In this document: piece by piece, positions 50,926-64,000 of the stretch
How positions within the stretch are numbered: position 1 is the first letter of the stretch
Layout: each line of letters begins with the position of its first letter
From: Dicyema japonicum
Lineage: Eukaryota > Animalia > Dicyemida
Direction of reading: 5' to 3'
DNA length: 64,000 nucleotides
NCBI GenBank assembly: GCA_011109175.1
Contig: RDEW01000060.1
Coordinates: 59,206 to 123,205, forward strand
The notes under the pieces: model-generated
The model's database searches: none
Told to the model about the DNA's origin: nothing
What the model saw: the letters and a program-made list of their open reading frames with translations, nothing else
Program-made: the position numbers and the translations under genes

Positions 50926-52009
50926 TAAAGTTAGGTTAAGGATAGGCAACACCATGAAGTTGATCACTTCGGCGCAGGCATCACGGCTCAGCTAAAAAGC
51001 CCTCATAACACTCAATCTTTGCAAAGTCCGTTTCTTAACAAGGACAGTGTGCTCCTGGAAATTACACTTGCTACAGTTGAAAGTTACTCCAAGGTACCTC
51101 ATCCGCCCATAGAATGTCACTTTGATCGAAGGTTTCCACACTTTTTCAAACGCCTTCTTTAGAAAAAATGTACAGTTTTGCGCATCCTTTTATATTCCAA
51201 ATGTATTTTTGGCAGAAACAATTTCTAGCAAAAAAAAAGTTAGTAAATAAACTGCTTTTGTCTTTGGAGTCGAATTGATTATATTCAAATTATTTTGACT
51301 ATTTGAGCTACCATCTTCATTATTCGTCAATTTTCTTTTACAACCACTCGAAAAATTTATCCATGCTATTGTGCCAATTTAAATTAAATTTATTTAAAAA
51401 AAAATATAATTTTTAAATTAATAACTATTATTATTTCATATAATCACGATTTTTATGTAAATTTAATTTTACAAAAAAATATTTCTGATAAGCTTTTAGC
51501 GGCTGAGTTGAGTCCTCTGGTTATAGACCTCTGGTTAGTTGAGACCTCTGACCTCTGGAATTCATTGATTAGCACAAGCTAATCACACTAGCTTATAATT
51601 TCATCAACTGCGCCTTGCATCCTTGACAAGCCACATCTGGACTCTACTAGTGATCCCAGAGTACTATGTCAGCAGCATAGACTAGTCATTTTTTTACATT
51701 GACTTGGTCAGGGTGCGTTGACATGCATAAATTAAAAAGAGTAATGCGCATCATCGCCCTTGTCGAACTCCAAGTTAGATCTTAACTTCTAGATCGACAT
51801 TGCCTAAATGTAGTCATCTGGTCTTCCAAAAAGGTGGAGATCCAACTTTTCAACTTCAAGGGAATTCCTCTTCGACCGTTGTGTCAGACCGAATCGAACG
51901 CCCTTTCCAAATCAAATACAGTACAAGTGTCACTTATTCATCTTCGGATCTGAGAGATCAACTTCCAAAGGCAACCACAGAATCGCCCCTAATGAAATCT
52001 CAACTGAAA

Positions 52010-52370
52010 ATCCGAGAGGATGTCTTTTATGATACATTTTTAGGCTAACCTCTGGTTCTTCAATCTTAGATTTTAGCAAAGGCCGGTAGCAGGCTAATAG
52101 GGCGATAGCTACTAGGGTTTTCTGTATTTTTTCCTGGTTTTCTCAAAAAACGCGAACGGCCTCTTTCCAACGTCTAGGAACGAAACCCATCCTGATGCTA
52201 CCGTTATACAGTTTTATCAGTTTTTCAGAATACTTACAGGCATGTGTTTGAATGGCCATGGAGATCTTGTCTTGGCCTGAAGAGTTGTTCTTAGAAATGC
52301 GACTAGCAGATAGGGCCTCTTCCATTGCTATCATCTGGAAAGGAGCGCTCGAGGCTTTTAAAAGCATCTA
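52010..52370 (-). mobile_element. Jockey-like RT fragment
   Basis: SSGQDKIS, GFVPRRWKEA, SSYRPISLL. Confidence 0.7.
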
Positions 52371-52853
52371 TCGATTATTATATTGTTTTTGATTTAGAAA
52401 ATAAAAAATAAAAACGCACAGTCTGTGTCTCTCCGAAGAGATAACATCCTGCACGCACGGAAGGGCAAACCTCTTGAAAAATTCACTTGAACGAACTATC
52501 TAGATGAAACTTATACCTGAGCGAATGTCTCCACGATTTCGCCTGGGTCCGATGTTTTAGAGTCATCCAACACGGATCTTAACCTTTACCCGACAGGCAC
52601 TTCAGATGCTTTCAAAAGTCTTGCCATGTGTCTTCACCCTCTTAGGCCCTCTTCACCTATCACTATCAAGCTCCACAAAACCCTTATTTATTTCCAGTTG
52701 GAAATAGTTGATTTTCCTCTTGTTGTAATTAAGATTATCCTCGTACCTACAAATTGACAGCAAGCCTTTTTTAAGTATTAATTTACTCATAATTATGGAT
52801 GAAATCCGCGCGACTTTTTTAGAGTATTCTCTCCATCTTGAAGGACCTGACGT

Positions 52854-53286
52854 NNNNNNNNNNNNNNNNNNNNNNNNNNNNNNNNNNNNNNNNNNNNNNN
52901 NNNNNNNNNNNNNNNNNNNNNNNNNNNNNNNNNNNNNNNNNNNNNNNNNNNNNNNNNNNNNNNNNNNNNNNNNNNNNNNNNNNNNNNNNNNNNNNNNNNN
53001 NNNNNNNNNNNNNNNNNNNNNNNNNNNNNNNNNNNNNNNNNNNNNNNNNNNNNNNNNNNNNNNNNNNNNNNNNNNNNNNNNNNNNNNNNNNNNNNNNNNN
53101 NNNNNNNNNNNNNNNNNNNNNNNNNNNNNNNNNNNNNNNNNNNNNNNNNNNNNNNNNNNNNNNNNNNNNNNNNNNNNNNNNNNNNNNNNNNNNNNNNNNN
53201 NNNNNNNNNNNNNNNNNNNNNNNNNNNNNNNNNNNNNNNNNNNNNNNNNNNNNNNNNNNNNNNNNNNNNNNNNNNNNNNNNNNNNN
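52854..53286. other. Assembly gap (433 N)
   Basis: Run of N. Confidence 1.
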
Positions 53287-53414
53287 GACTCTATAGTAGT
53301 AGTAAGTCATCGAAGTAAAGAAAGTCCAAGAACACGAAAGACTCCGATACAAATTAGACTTTAGTTGATAACCTATAAATAGCTTATGCAATTTCACTAT
53401 TTGCATAGGAAATG

Positions 53415-53948
53415 AATGTTCAATAATCTCATAAATTACACTAGATTATATATAATTTTGTTATTTTTAAAAGTGGTCCTTCAATTTTTTTAACTTCCAA
53501 AATAACAAAAAAATGCCTCTTTGGCTAAAAATTGCTCTGTAATCGTAGACTGAGCAACTGTGCTTTTCACTCGAGCACATCTCAAGCGAAGAATGCGGGA
53601 TAATATCTATAATTTGATGTAAATCTGTTTCGATTGTGAGATTAGTGCGAAAATCAAGTGGAGAAAGACATCAAGGCATTCCTAAAAAAAACGAAAACAT
53701 TTTTAAGTCTGCCTTCAGTCTGACGGACAACGAGAGAGCAGTAGTGAATACATAAACGATGAACGAGCCTGGAAGATGCAGAACGAGGTGGCAAGATTGC
53801 GGTCTCTAGGTTCAATAATTTCATAAATTACAGTAGATTATACATAATTTTGTTATTTTTATAATTTTTAAAAGTGGTCCATCAATTTTTTTAACTTCCA
53901 AAAAAAACAAAAAATGGCTCTTTGGCTAAAAAAATTGCCGACAGCTGG
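53415..53948. mobile_element. hAT-type subterminal sequence present twice (~53415-53535 and ~53810-53948)
   Basis: TGGCTCTTTGGCTAAAAAAATTGCCGACAGCTG resembles Charlie-type ends. Confidence 0.5.
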
Positions 53949-54111
53949 ATTATGTTAAGCAAATAATCAAGATTATTATAGATTAAAGAATTTAGCAAAT
54001 AAATTTTTTTACTAAAGAAATCAGGAGTGCAAATGCGTTCGCTAAAATTTTTGGATATGCGCTCACCATAGAATTATATAATAAATTTTATTTTTAAGTT
54101 TTTTTTTTCTG

Positions 54112-54645
54112 ATGCAGCATACAGCACAAGAAGATGATGTCTGCAAAAAGTGCAAAATTGTAAAAAAATAAAACGAAAGATCCTTTGCACGGTCTGTTTG
54201 TGTGGCTTCCACAATTCCTGTTACGGATTGATTAAATTCTGACAGGCATCGTCATTCATGCCTCCTTCCAGATAATAGACAACTCGACCCTTTTGAACAT
54301 ATTCCACTGGATCATCAGAGAATACTTAATTGAACTCAAATTGAAGACTTCTGATCTGGATCCCCAAATCTCCAATATATCTGTCGCGATCTGCATATCC
54401 GATAGGAGGGAGAAAGTAGAGAAATCACTTACGTCACTAGTATAGAAGGTCCAGAGATTTTTCTAGAGGAACCTATTGGTACACTCCGAAATGTTCACCG
54501 ACAAATCACAAAACTATGCGAAGGCGACACCGACAATATCGGACACTTAGAGATTGTGAGGTGCGATTCATCGAAAGCTTTCTGAATGTGAAATCCCTTC
54601 TGTCGTGAGGATCCTGCAGATCAACACCGTATAATTGAGCCGGCT
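54112..54645 (+). mobile_element. Decayed CRE 5' copy including the PHD
   Basis: MQHTAQEDDVCKKC..LCTVCLCGFHNSC; matches 5123-5790 with deletions. Confidence 0.8.
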
Positions 54646-57409
54646 GAAATTTTTTTCTTCATGATCTTGATTTTGTATTCAATTAGGGTAAGATTCTTTT
54701 CAGTTCACATTTCTTTGATTTCTTGAATTCAAACGAGCAGAAGACATCAAGAGTATTCTTATTTTCTTCCTTTGACTGATTCTTGGTCAACTCATAAAGG
54801 CACAAATTTGTTTAAATGTGGCAATTCTCTTTTCCACGTTATCTTTCAAAAGCATTTTATTAGTTGCTTCCTTGTCTCATTCTCTTTGTCAAATTCTGGT
54901 TTTCAAATGAAGAGTACACTTTTATGAGTGGAGAAACGAGTATTGAATTCTGGGCGATAATAATCAATCAGCTCCGAGGCATTCTCCCAAATCTACTTTT
55001 CGCAGAATTGACAACCATTGAGATTCACTTGATCCTATCACAAGATCGAATCTCAGTGATTAATGCTGAGACAGATGGTGTGCAGTAGCATTTCCTACAG
55101 GAGATCGTTTGCTAGTTCTATTGACATCTTGTAGTCATGAAGACACACTTCTAATTGTTTTCTATATACAATTTTCTCTGTAAGACGGCCCTCAAGATTT
55201 GTTAGCAAACTGGCAAAAAAAGAAATACACACCACCATTGGTACACAATTAAATCAAAAATTTATAAATAATTATATTTTTGAATTATTCAGAGTAAAGT
55301 ATAATTTACTTATCAAGTGACATATAAACCCCAAGGATCCAAAAAGAAATTGGAATTCACAAGGCTTTACTCACTATCCAGTGATCCCACTTATCTTTAG
55401 AGCTTTAATGCAAACAATTTGTTCTACCTAGTATCGAGTACGCCAGTGCTGCATGGATTGCCCCCTTTTCAATATTGTCACAGAGCCTACATGAAGTTTT
55501 TTCAAAATCGATTTCTCAGATTACTAATGAAATCGTCGAAACAGATGTCCACTTCGCAACTGCGGAGTAAACTAAACGTTATTCAATCATGGAGTACTTT
55601 ACAGAAAAAACGTCACCGGGACTTCTTCAAGATAGCACAGTCCTCCAATGATCCCCTCAGTCCAGACATCAAATTATATATAGACCCTCGCTCGATATGT
55701 TAGAAAATACCTGTGGAGATCAATCCAGGACTCCAAAACTAACCGCAAGAAAAGGACTGTATGGTCACCGGGATCACTTAATTAAACGATAACTTTATCC
55801 TTTTCTCGTAATTTTGTTGTTAATAAAATAAAATAATAATAACTGCCTTTTCACGAAAGCCATCATATTTATAGCTTTGCATTGGCAGGACACACACTTT
55901 ATTTAAGTAAAGAACAGTTAAATTTAACTAATCGTAGAACCAAAGAATGATCTTCGTTACATTACATCTAACACAAAGCTGATCAACTACACAGGGTAAA
56001 GAACAGTTAAATTTAACTAATCGTAGAACCAAAGAATGATCTTCGTTACATTACATCTACCACAAAGCTGATGAACTACACAGGCATACACAGCTAGTAT
56101 AGGCACACAACTAAGAAAGAATGATCAACTAAATCATAAACCTCTTAACATCAACTCACAAAAGTAAGTTTCCATAAGACAAAGAAAGTCACTAGTTGAT
56201 CAAAGCCTGCTCTTTTCGAGAGAAGTCAATTGACTTCTACAATGCTTCTTACCTACTGCGGTCATCAGCTTATAGAATGTTGGATACACATTATTAGATT
56301 TTAACTTCGTGATCTTGTGGAGTATTTATAATCACATTTTTCTCTGTTCATCCGGTCTTAATAATAATAGACATAATATCATAACTTATTATGTATTGGA
56401 TAATAAAGAAAGAACTGAGATTATTGGCGAACATTTATCAGGAATTTTGAATTTAATTGAAACCTAATATATGGAGCTATTTGAGAATTACCAGAAAACC
56501 TGAATCTACCATATTTAACATATCTACAGAGGAAACTAATCTGTCAATCATTATATAAACGACAACATAGCAGCAGGACCAGACAATGATCAAGTATGCA
56601 CCAGGCGACGATTTTCATTACAAAGATTTTCAATAAAGTATTTGAGACACATTCTCCCTTGAAACTTGCTGATGGAATTTTGATTTTTCAGCATAAACCA
56701 GAAAAAAATAAGGGAGTGATAAAAAATCTAAGACCTGTGACATTAATGGAATATTGAGGAAGATATAATATCTGATTTTCTTAATCTGATATCTTCCTAT
56801 GTTTATGAATTTTTGTCGCCGGGACAGAGTGGGTTAGAAAGAGACGCTCGATTGCAGATGCTGTTTAATCCCACTGGTGGATATGTGCCGTGTGTCAACG
56901 ATACAAGAGTGATTTTAGGATTTTGGGAGTGGACATTGTCGTATTGATTTGACAAAAGATTAATGTAAAAAGATTCAAAGATTCATCCTTATTAAAATCA
57001 AAATTAGTTCTCTACGGTAGTCCATAACGTGGCCGAAATTAGTCTCATCCCAACCGTCGATAGGTCATGTTCAAGATAGACGGAAGTGTTGTTCTTGGTC
57101 ATCCGGGAAATTAGTCTCCTTTGTGTGCGAAGTAGTTGACCATTACGAAATTTGAAGGACTGGTCATTGGGACGTCTTAATTAAAAATATCATCTGACCT
57201 CACGTCGATTTTGATTTATTATGAAGGTTTACATCAAAGATCTTCATAGTCAGGTTCTTTCCCTTTCTTGTGGCTAGGTCGCATATCAGTTGGTGGTTCT
57301 TGTGAGGTTGTTTAAGTCCTCTGCAATTGAAAGTTCCCAAAGAATACGAATCAGTGATTATTTAATTAAATTAAACCATTAACCCAATTTAACCAAAAGA
57401 GAATCATAA

Positions 57410-57821
57410 TTAGCTTAACTTAAGGAATGGCTCAGTGAAGAGTGATTCATTACGGAATTTCATTTTGATATAAATATTGGCAATGACTGCAGTAAGTATT
57501 ATAAATAGAATCAATGACAACAGTAGTCCGACAACTCCACATACGATTCCAATTATTTGATGTTTCGTCAGTTTTTTTACAAATATACTTTCAGAAGATA
57601 TTTATTCTTCAAAACTTATTTCATCTAAAATTTAGTCGGTTTTATTACGATGTTTAAATATGGTTTTTTTGTCTTTAATTTCATACGATGTTGGTTCTTC
57701 AAAGCATCCTTCATCTAAAATTCAGCCGGATTTATTTACCATCTCCAATAAATTCAAAACTCAGATCATTGCGGAAAAATTGTAATTTAAGAGATGAAAT
57801 TTCGATAGTCACATTTTTATA
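57410..57821 (-). pseudogene. LAMP-like 3' fragment (type-B tail)
   Basis: Reverse-complement match to ~25025-25436. Confidence 0.8.
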
Positions 57822-57824
57822 CAT

Positions 57825-58800
57825 TGGAATTACCAACCGTAAAGAATGGGAAATATAACAATTGCGAACATATACATTTCCCCTACCAGCATCTGCCCGA
57901 TGGAATTTACCTTCTACCTGAATGTGTTATGCCACTTTCAACATTTGTTGATATGTGGCGATTTCAACGCGAAGCACCCGACCTGGTACAAACTTAACGA
58001 CTATTAGATTAACACAAAAAGACCATTTAGAGATTATGAGTCATAGCTATAAGTTATGACAACATGATCTCACCTGATTTGATTTTTGCCACCCATAACA
58101 TTGCTTCTCTTGACATCTGGTCTGTGATTTATGACTTCCAGAGCGACCACAATCCTATTTTCATTTGGGTGATGGGCACGTTCTTTTCGAAAAAAAACGA
58201 AACACTTTCCTGGTTTATAGAAACGTTAATTGGAAAAAAAATTTGCAAAATATGTGGACAGTACGTTTCAACTCACTCGATAATGCAGTCTCTTATATAA
58301 TCTAAAAGATCCAGAAGGCAATGAAGGTATTTATCAGGGAAATATAAATCAAATCCTACATTAAATGTTTTGATCAAAAAACGAAGAAAATTATACATGA
58401 ACGTAATCAAATTAAGAAAGTCCAATGGCCATCACCAGAAATTATATATCGAACTCGAGTTCTTGATAGCTAAATAAGGAAAATTGTAAGAAAAGAGAAA
58501 TGGACGAACGGAAAAAATAACCTCCGTGTTTAACAAACAGGGGTTCCTGCCAATCATGTGGAAGACTCTCCCTGATCACAAACCCTGAGAAGAGAAACAG
58601 TCTTAATTTCTACAAAAAGGAACTTGACAGAATGATGAAATTGAAAAATTCTACGCTCAGAGCAGCTACTTACCCCATAAAAGTACGAGGGTCCTCCCTT
58701 GTCACTGCTGAAACCAAGATGTCGTCATGTTCATATATCTTTTTTACAAGTGGAAGTCGAAAATACCATTAAATTCCAAAAACTAATCTACTCAAGCGGA
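57825..58800 (+). mobile_element. Decayed Jockey-like APE region
   Basis: ICGDFNAKHPTW, SPDLIF, SDHNPI. Confidence 0.7.
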
Positions 58801-59399
58801 GCAGATAATCGGTGATGTGATATAACACGTGTTATTAAATAGACTTCCATCATTAGAAAATACAAATTTAATGCAATGAAGAATCTGAGTGAACGACTAT
58901 CACATTTCTAAGCGCATGTTTACCATAATAATTCAACAAAACCAATCAGTCGCCTACCTTTGTGCTCCATCTATTACTACAATATCCTTAGCTAACTATG
59001 TTGTAATACCAGACCGACTAGATGGAGTTAGAATTTTACGAAAAATTGACAAACCGTTACCTTCTATGGGAGGTGGTGGACCAACACTTTCTAAGCTAAC
59101 TAGTTAATTAATTTATTAACCCCGGATACACCGAGAAAAAGTGAAAGTAAACAACTAGTTAAGTGTATCCAGTTTTCATGTCTAAGGAAACAGAGTGTAT
59201 CCGGAATCAGCATTACTTGCAGTTTTGGAAACCCCTCCAGTGGAGTGGAAGTGAGCAAATGATCTCTTTTCGTGCCATCCTGACATTGGGCGCCACCTAT
59301 GCACATGAACAATCTTCCATGTTGGATTCCTCCACGCTCTACTTGAGAAGGTGATTTTTCGGAGGATATCAAGGTCGTCTGGATTTTCGAGATTCTCAC

Positions 59400-61090
59400 A
59401 GTTCCAAGATCTTTGTGAATTTCAATAGGGAGAAATTAGCTTAGACGTCCCCGGTAAGCACAATTGCACTGGAAGTAAGCTTCCATAGTATCATTTGCCG
59501 GAACTGCCTTGTCCATTCTTAGGATATTTCCTAATAACTTCCACCTCTCCCTTTGGTCGTTTGTTCAATTAACTGTGAATTGCATAATGCGTACAGCTTT
59601 GTTACAAATATTTTTTGGAATCTTGATTTTCATCAGCAATTTATGTATTGGGAGTTTATTTTTTCTCAATATGATTGATGTTCCAGAATTTTACAAAAGT
59701 ACAGGATGTAACTTCCACCTCTCCCTTTGGTCGTTTGTTCAATTAACTGTGAATTGCATAATGCGTACAGCTTTGTTACAAATATTTTTTGGAATCTTGA
59801 TTTTCATCAGCAATTTATGTATTGGGAGTTTATTTTTTCTCAATATGATTGATGTTCCAGAATTTTACAAAAGTACAGGATGAAGCCGAAATTTTGTCCT
59901 GAACGATACATCGAGATTAAGCATCCAATTTGACTCTTTCTTTTCACTGTTGTTATGTCGGTTTTTCGATATTAATAATACCAATACCTCCCTCGACCCC
60001 ACACAATCACGTATCGGCAGGATGATTGGATCTTCATATTCACGACGGCACGATCCACAGTTCATGCGTATCATGGATTCTAGAAGCATTGGCGACTGAG
60101 ACTCTCCAGAAGTCAATTTTCGGTAATTTTGGAAGCTGTTTTTCGGCTAGCCGATATTTTGTATATCGCCCATTTTTTCAAAAAAATAGTCTATGTCGTC
60201 AGCATAGACAAGTTCTAATATTCTTATTTTAAAAATGGTAATGTAAATTAAAGGGTTCCATTATGGGTTGGAAACACTAAGTGCGCAATGGAAGTTCTAC
60301 ACTGTGAGTACCATCCCTCTCTACCGACGTACGTACGTAAACTGGATGATGTAAATTCCTTCTGTTCATTTTGCAATCTCTCCGGGTCGACAGCTCTTCG
60401 AATTTTATGAACTTGTACGTTGTTCTTCTAAAATGTCAAAGGTGACCGCGGCTGGTATTTGCTATTTAATATCCGCTGGTCTCCTACAAGTTATTAGTGT
60501 GGGATTACATAACTAATACAATGGGAGTTGTGCCTCATGGTCGAGAGTACAACTATCTGGATGGGCCATAATGTCATTCTAGGCTCTTCTTTCTGCAAAC
60601 CGATTAACCTGATGAACTTTTACATGCTGTGGCCATGCATGCCATACGTCTCAATGAAACGGTATTTCCTCCTCTTGGAATCTTCAGAGTACTCACTGCG
60701 GACCTTATACACAGCGATAACTTGAGCAGATCCACGTTTGAGAAAGTATGGGAAAGTAATACATCTCAATCTGCTCGATCGCATAATCTTAACGACATCG
60801 GCCTCTTGTCATCACTACTCTCAAGTCCAAAGGGTTCCAGGAAAAGTAAGCAACGATTATGTAACTCGCGAAAATCTTAATGGTGTAGTCAAAGAACTCT
60901 GGATATCACAGTGGATATTGTTGGACAGAGTATTTATCAAGAAAAGGAATTTCCTCTTTTAAGGCTCTTTTGAAAATTTTCATCAGAAATCCGAAAGTCT
61001 TAGAATTCAGGATTATCGTCACTATCCAGATGGCTGAACTCGAAAAAGATGTGGATGATTTGGATGCGTACTATAAAAAAAGATTATAAA
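59400..61090 (+). pseudogene. Decayed, apparently intronless coding region of unknown origin
   Basis: Long coding-like frames with scattered stops; diverged paralogous fragment at 1625-1815. Confidence 0.4.
59535..59882. repeat. Exact 174-bp tandem duplication
   Basis: TAACTTCCACCTCTCCC...AAGTACAGGATG occurs twice. Confidence 0.9.
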
Positions 61091-61779
61091 TGAGACAATA
61101 TCGTTGTTTGTTTGTTAAAATCAGAAAAACTTTTTTTAAACTAAATGAAATAGAATAAGTTTTTTTCAAACAAGATAGATTACAAAATCTCAAGAAAATT
61201 GAGTGCTTTTATTTTTAACGGAACTTAACTCTTACAGTTTGTTTTTAATAACCCCGGATATATCTGGAAAGAATTTTATTTCAGTTCCCCCTGTCGAAAT
61301 AGGACGTATCTTTTCCAAGTATTATGCCTATCCATATTCGCTATTCTGGGAACCGCTCTACTAAATTAGTGAAGAGAAGGATCCTTTTTCGTTCCATTTA
61401 TTGTATTGAACCACTATTATCAGTAAATTAAATTGGATCACACTAACAAGCACGCGATAAAGTCTAACTATCCATGTTTTAAGTCAACTAATCGACAAAC
61501 AACCCGATTCCAATATAATTCCCTTTCAGTTTCGTCACAATTCGATAGAGAAATAATAGGAGCGGGACTGTCTCCAGGCGTGTTCTCTGAGAGATTGAAA
61601 CCACAATCTCGTCATGATCGTAGATTGAGAGTGGCGTTGGTTCCATGAACGCCTCGGGATTATAATCGTTTGTGGACATGTCACCTGTCTCTTGGAAAAA
61701 CTAATCGTAGGGAACCAATGAACGTTCTACACTTCATTTTGTTGCATGTGAGTCCTCATGGAGAATTCTGTTCCGCAGC

Positions 61780-62530
61780 GAAAATCATAAACACATGGAC
61801 AAGAGAGATGGAGAAAGCGACAACAATTTTGAGTAAATGGTCTCTCAAAGTCAATGAAGAAAAAACTGAAAGAACGACAACCCGCTTCGAGGAAAAATGG
61901 AGGAACACCCGAAAACTAGATACTTGGCGATTCAGTGGAATTCACAAGACAAAAGATATTAGCCACAATAGCGCTTTAAAAATTGCAATCAATTTTGATG
62001 AGAAAGTACCAAATTTCTAGTAAGATGGGGTTACACTTATATAATGGTTTTGTCCGACCAGTCCTCATGTACAACGCAGGTATTTGGGAACATCAAAGAA
62101 AGATATGGAACAACTCGACTCATATCAAAGATACCGATTAAGAAAACTCCTTTGATAAAATAAAACCTCAAACAATAAATTATAGACTGACTGATTGTGG
62201 ACCAATAAGTCTGAACATACTTGAAGCTCTTTGGCGCCTTTTTGGACATATTCTACGGTTTGGTAAAGAAACACCATGCAATCCCGCCATGAACAAATTT
62301 TTCGGCCTGACTGAATTTTCTAGATTCTGAGGACGTCCAAGAGGTTATCTTCCCAGGACAATTGTGTAGGATTACGCAGGATCGTGAGCAGACTGATGGA
62401 TGCGGACGATCTGAAAGAAATCAAGAAACGTGCACGTCAAAAAAAGATGGACAAGACTAACTGCAAGAGTTGTAAAAAACATGGCGCAAATGAAACCATA
62501 AAAACTGTTTATTGGCAACGCGGACGTGTA
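61780..62530 (+). mobile_element. Decayed RTE-like RT C-terminal fragment
   Basis: WSLKVNEEKTE, KWRNTRKL, WRLFGHILR, GRPR. Confidence 0.7.
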
Positions 62531-64000
62531 TTAATATAATTATTAATAATTTATAGAGAACATAACTAAATGATTGGAAAGGAACTTAATAATTTGAGTT
62601 TGAACGAGTAAATAGTTACCTCAAATTTGAATTTATATTATTCCTTACATATTCAGGTAATTATTACATTTATATAAATAATACATTTCACAATAATTGT
62701 TGTGTAATCTATATTTATATTTATTTAATATTATTTTGGATTAGAGACGACTTGCATATGGAGAAAGGGATNATAGAGAACATAACCAAATGATTGGAAT
62801 AATTTATAGAGAACATAACCAAATGATTGGAAAGGAACTTAATAATTTGAGTATGAACGAGTAAATAGTTACCTTAATTTGAATTTATAGTATTGCTTAC
62901 ATATTCAGGTAATTATTACATTTATTTAAATAATACATTTCACAATAATTGTTGTGTAATCTATATTTATATTTATTTAATATTATTTTGGATTAGAGAC
63001 GACTTGCATATGGAGAAAGGGATTGGGATTAGCTGACAGTTACTTCTATAAGATGAGAGTTCGTCCATTTATTTGGATGAATATCTGCGATAGCGATTAT
63101 ATCTAAATTTATCTGATTTTTTCTGATTTTGAATATTTCGTGACATTATTTATTTGTAAATCGGAGGTACTATCATTAAACAACTCCATCAACTGATTCT
63201 ATCGATATTTAAAACGTTTTTGGTCAAAAATAAGATGATTGTAAGAGACCAAATCTCCTGGGCCCTTCTCTACAAGAATTTATATTTATTAATCTGCCTT
63301 CCATCTGTTCGTCAAGACACTCAGTGCCTGTTCGACAAACAAAAAGAATTATTTTCTTCCCCACTACATTAGAGGGTTCCCACAATGTCGAATACAGATT
63401 GATGTTATGATTGTAATGGATGAGTCCAACTCTGACCTTGGGAATTGGATCACATAGTTGAGGACTCTTTCTTTCTTTTAAAGCGGTAATCCTTCAATAA
63501 GTAAGACAAAACTTAAACTTGATGCTAAACAAGATTTTGAAATATGAATTTTAAAGCAATAAAAATTGACAGATCACTTGAAGGAGGAACGCCTTATTAT
63601 AAATTCCTCCCAGTCGGCTTGATCTTTCCAACGTGTGTGGACTGGATGAAGAACCTATATCATTTCTATAGGCTTGATCCTTACTGATTTTGAATTCGAC
63701 TCCCGGTCATGTGCATTGGGGGAAAATTAATATTTGTTTGATGCTGTATGTTGTTGTTATTAATAATAAGGATTATTCAACGTTTTTCAATTGCTTGTTT
63801 TTTATGTATAATTTCACTATCTCCTTCTCGATGAGGTCTGTTCTCGAGACAAATCGGAGCTTTTCCTAAACTTTATTATTCTGAGATATCTCCGTTAACT
63901 AACCTGTTCTTATCAGACTTATCCAACGTCCTCTAATTTCGTCTAGATTGGCATGTGATGGTTCTTTGTATAGAGAACCAAGCCATATTGAATTTTTCAC

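Noticed and set aside
52795-53406. Long ORFs of 152-195 aa
   Set aside because: Artefacts of translating through the N gap
59509-59883. Two-repeat hydrophobic protein
   Set aside because: Produced by an exact 174-bp duplication (recent or artefactual); the conserved reading frame of the region appears to be a different one
1-62830. Apparent tandem duplications flanking single Ns (137, 2511, 7847, 8765, 8888, 26208, 45098, 47385, 62772)
   Set aside because: Each sits at a scaffold join and looks like overlapping contig or haplotype ends; treated as assembly artefacts
1-64000. Prokaryotic systems (CRISPR, retron, DGR, group II intron) and rRNA/tRNA genes
   Set aside because: All RTs have non-LTR retrotransposon architecture; no arrays or structural RNA genes were recognised by eye

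Overview
AT-rich eukaryotic (animal-type) draft scaffold, not prokaryotic. It contains one 433-N gap and about nine single-N joins with duplicated flanks. The ORF track misses the host genes because they are split by very short GT-AG introns (22-35 nt). Spliced by hand they give: two intact SERF genes, the 5' part of an SLC6 transporter, two decayed SLC29/ENT genes, and a five-copy family of type-I membrane glycoproteins with two LAMP-like repeats (intact 7-exon, 384-aa copy at 35594-36887). Introns this short at ancestral animal positions fit a highly reduced animal parasite such as a dicyemid; this is an inference. Most of the rest is a patchwork of decayed retroelements (CRE/RLE, RTE, Jockey, CR1/L2), hAT, Ginger-like and Tc1-like remnants, and direct or inverted segmental duplications. 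Most striking: (1) a near-full-length PHD-RT-RLE CRE retrotransposon with twin-priming inversion geometry (12-bp TSD, 32-bp duplicated inversion point); (2) the LAMP-like family, amplified with an RTE element and carrying two alternative TM/tail types; (3) an orphan sequence inserted twice with 12-15 bp TSDs; (4) a fold-back inversion over a SERF start codon. All translations and alignments were done by eye; boundaries of decayed elements are approximate.
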